Assembly (NCBI RefSeq): GCF_001194135.2
Contig: NC_068986.1
Span: 37,937,143 to 38,001,142 of the forward strand
DNA from: Octopus bimaculoides
Taxonomy: Eukaryota
Length of the DNA: 64,000 nucleotides
Reading direction: 5' to 3'
Shown here: positions 60,911-64,000 of the stretch, piece after piece
Layout of the letters: every line of letters begins with the position of its first letter
How positions within the stretch are numbered: position 1 is the first letter of the stretch
Notes under the pieces: generated by a model
What the model was told of the DNA's origin: nothing
The model's input: the letters and a program-made list of their open reading frames with translations, nothing else
Database searches by the model: none
Translations under genes and position numbers: made by a program

Positions 60911-62819
60911 CGTACATATGTAAAGTTCGACCATGTCTTAGACTTATTGTATTTCAGCAAACAAGGGACATTACATACTTGAAATAGCAGCTGAATCTTT
61001 CACAAACAACACTAGTCCAAAAAGAAAAAAAGTACATTTTGAAGAATATAGACTTAGAAATATTAATCATGAAAAAGAGATAAGATGGGGTGGTCTTACC
61101 TGGAATATCTTTAATCACAGTTTAGCTTGGGCAGGGATGACTTGAGACTAAATAACAACTTATTGCACTTTCATATTAGTGATAGAATTTTCTTCAACCT
61201 AGGCAGTTTTCTTTTTTAGTGGATCTAATTTGATTAACTACATTGAGTTTTTGGTGGAAGCATGTGGCTCAATGGTTAGGATAAGATTATGGTTTTGATT
61301 CCTGGACCAGGAGATGCGTTGTGTTCTCGAACAAATCATTTCATGTTGCTCCAGTCCACTCAGCTGGCAAAATAAGTATTTCTACGACAGACCAGTGCAG
61401 AATACATATGCTACAGAAACTGGGAAAATGACCCTATTTGTCCCAATGATTTAGGAAGGAGCTTTATCCTGTTATCAAGCCAAGATATTCTGGCTACTTC
61501 TCTACTCAACTATATAGCAATTACAGTTTCATTCATATATTTCTTTGTTGGTTATATTTGTACTGTTAAAGACACTACCAAAAAATTAATAATAATAATA
61601 ATATATATATATATGATGTAATACACAGACTCTACAATGAAAAGATATGTGCTAGTGATATACTGTTGTTAATTCATATAACTATCCTCTTATGCAAAAA
61701 ATTGATATGTCAAAAAAAATTTGTATGCTTTGGAAAAATTTTATATAAATCACTGTTGCATGGTTATTACAATGTCCATTTTTCCATGCTGGCATGGTTT
61801 GGACAGGTTTGTCACATAATATATTATCATTCATCACAATCCTTTTTCATTTCATCAGTGAGGTCCAGTATCTTGAGATTTTGGTTTCAGCTCTTCTCAT
61901 TTATTTCATTACTACAAATACCTGTTATTTTATTAAACTTCATTACTTAATAAATTTTGTATCAAGTTGGCTAAAAGAAATCTAACTTCTTTTATGAAAC
62001 ATAATGGTTTGTGATAAATGTAATAAATCCTATTAATAAATAAAATACTTTCACTGAATTACCTTATCTATTGTATTTTTGTTTAGGAAATAAGTCACTG
62101 GAAATGATACTACCTTCACTATCACACATTCAATACATCTTAACAATGTAAGCAAAAAATATTTTTATGTTTGTTGTATCTCCAAGCATTACAATATATT
62201 ACTTTATATGACTTATTTTAATGTAATTTGTTATTTTGGGGACTACATGTAAAAATAAACTGAATTGAAATTGAAACTGTGAACATACAATACTTTTTCA
62301 TCACTCATTTGCAACACGTCATTACCAAGGAAGTTGTCTCAACAGCATATATCACTTAAAACTCAACAACTTCATTTCATACAAGTTAATATATCACATT
62401 CAACAGATCATACTTCATTTCTCTAGCATCATAATGTTTTCTTTTCTGTAGTCAGTGCAAAGTTTGACTTTGTTTTCAGACTTTATTATCTACCTTGTAC
62501 ACAGAAATCCTTAGATTCAACTCTGATTGAGCAGACCTATGATGAAAAGCATTCTTGCTTTTGAACACTGTCTTTATGTATATCTTATGATTTAAGATGG
62601 TAAGGTATCTTTATGTATATCTTTGAGTTAAGATGGTAAGGTGTGAATGGAGGGAAGGTTCAGTGCCTGCATAGAAGCTCCCCCAGCTGTACACATAGGT
62701 GAACATTGTACACTCTAGTTATACTTCCCCTGGGGTTCACTGAAAATATTTTGATTTAGGATAGGATACTGAGTTCAGATTATTATTTTTCAGTTTGTTC
62801 CGTTTTTATTAGCCTAAAT

Positions 62820-62958
62820 CAGGTATGGGTAACCTTTTTTCTGAAAGTGGGTTGCACAAGACATTCCTCATCATCAGAGAGGGTACACTACTAAAAACCT
62901 GAAGATAATATTTCATTAGGCATACCATTTAGAAAGTCCTGCAGTTTGCCAATGACTG
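62820..62958. mobile_element. hAT-type MITE
   Basis: CAGGTATGGGTAAC...TTTGCCAATGACTG termini; TSD (G/A)CCTAAAT, 7/8 match. Confidence 0.65.
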
Positions 62959-63021
62959 ACCTAAATTCTCTAAATCATAATTCCTGTAACTATTATCTGG
63001 TTAATGATTTTGTTGTTTATT

Positions 63022-63282
63022 TCATCATCATCATCATCATTGATTAACATCCGTTTTCCATGCTGGCATGGGTTGGACGGTTTGACTGAGGTCTGGAGAG
63101 CCAGTGGCTGCACCAGGCCCCAGTCTGGTCTGGCAGAATTTCTACAGCTGGATGCCCTTCCTAACGCCAACCACTCTTGAGAGTGTAGTGGGTGGTTTTA
63201 CGTGCCACCGGCACGAGAGCCTGTAAGGCAGGCCTGGCAGCGACCACGTTCGGATGGTGCTTTTTACGTGCCACCAGCACAA
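63022..63282 (-). mobile_element. RTE 3' end
   Basis: (ATC)n followed by the reverse complement of the RTE tail and 3' UTR repeat. Confidence 0.85.
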
Positions 63283-64000
63283 TGCTAAAAAATCTGAGAT
63301 TCTTTTTCTTTCCAGAAAGAGGACAAACGAGATCGTTTTTATTACTATTAAGGAGAAATTTAGATTTTAATGGCCACTATTGCAGTCAGCATTTGGATAT
63401 GTTCTGATTTTTTCAACATTATTTTCCTATAATTTTTAAACTGTATCATAGTATATTTGATTATGAATCTTACCAGGAGAAATCCATCTATAATGTGATT
63501 TTGATATTGATTAAAACATGTATTAGAAAACCGCCAGAAGATATTTTAATTCCGAAAGTTGATATTAAAATCAGTAGCTATAAATAATTTCATCTTAAAC
63601 AGAAGGGACGAGCAAACGAAAGACCATTTAGTAGAATTCTCTAAATAAAATGAATATATATTTGTAGATGGCCTCTACGTCAGTGATTCTCAAACACTCT
63701 TCTGTCATTTACAAACTCGGCTTGATGCATTTCTCATTTACCCACTTACACTTTATAACTGTTATACATAACATAGCCTGTGTCATCAAAATACTAGCTT
63801 TATGATAGCGTGTTAAATATAGTGTATAATTAAAACAAATGACTGTATCATAAAAATTACATATTACTGGCAAACGTGTTTTCATTTAACTAATATTAAC
63901 TGAATTAAAGACATCACATTTTCTTACATTAACTCCTGACATTTTCTCATATTTATTCACATACTTACTATAAGTATAGTCCACAATTTTTTTTAAATGC

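Overview
AT-rich, repeat-dense animal genomic DNA with assembly gaps. The repeat families and the invertebrate-code mitochondrial insert point to an octopus genome (inference). Four host genes were reconstructed by hand from GT-AG exons with consistent phases: the 3' part of GGCT (+, 595-2583), a complete 3-exon MPST-type sulfurtransferase (+, 8751-20436, 289 aa), a complete 12-coding-exon STRAD pseudokinase (-, 41987-24029, 403 aa), and an intronless TEDC1 (+, 57373-58683, 436 aa) probably head-to-head with STRAD. The rest is transposon-derived: RTE, CR1-like and Tx1-like LINE pieces, tRNA-derived SINEs, two deleted LTR elements with TSDs, mariner, Merlin-like, hAT and piggyBac-like elements. 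Most notable: a rearranged nad4/nad5 NUMT captured inside a SINE, minimal hammerhead-ribozyme motifs (one in a tRNA-headed SINE, two spaced 306 nt apart), an LTR primer-binding site that matches 32 nt of tRNA-Trp, and a 140-bp foldback centred on an RTE tail. Repeat boundaries are approximate unless a TSD or TIR is quoted. No database searches were run, so all family assignments rest on motif recognition.
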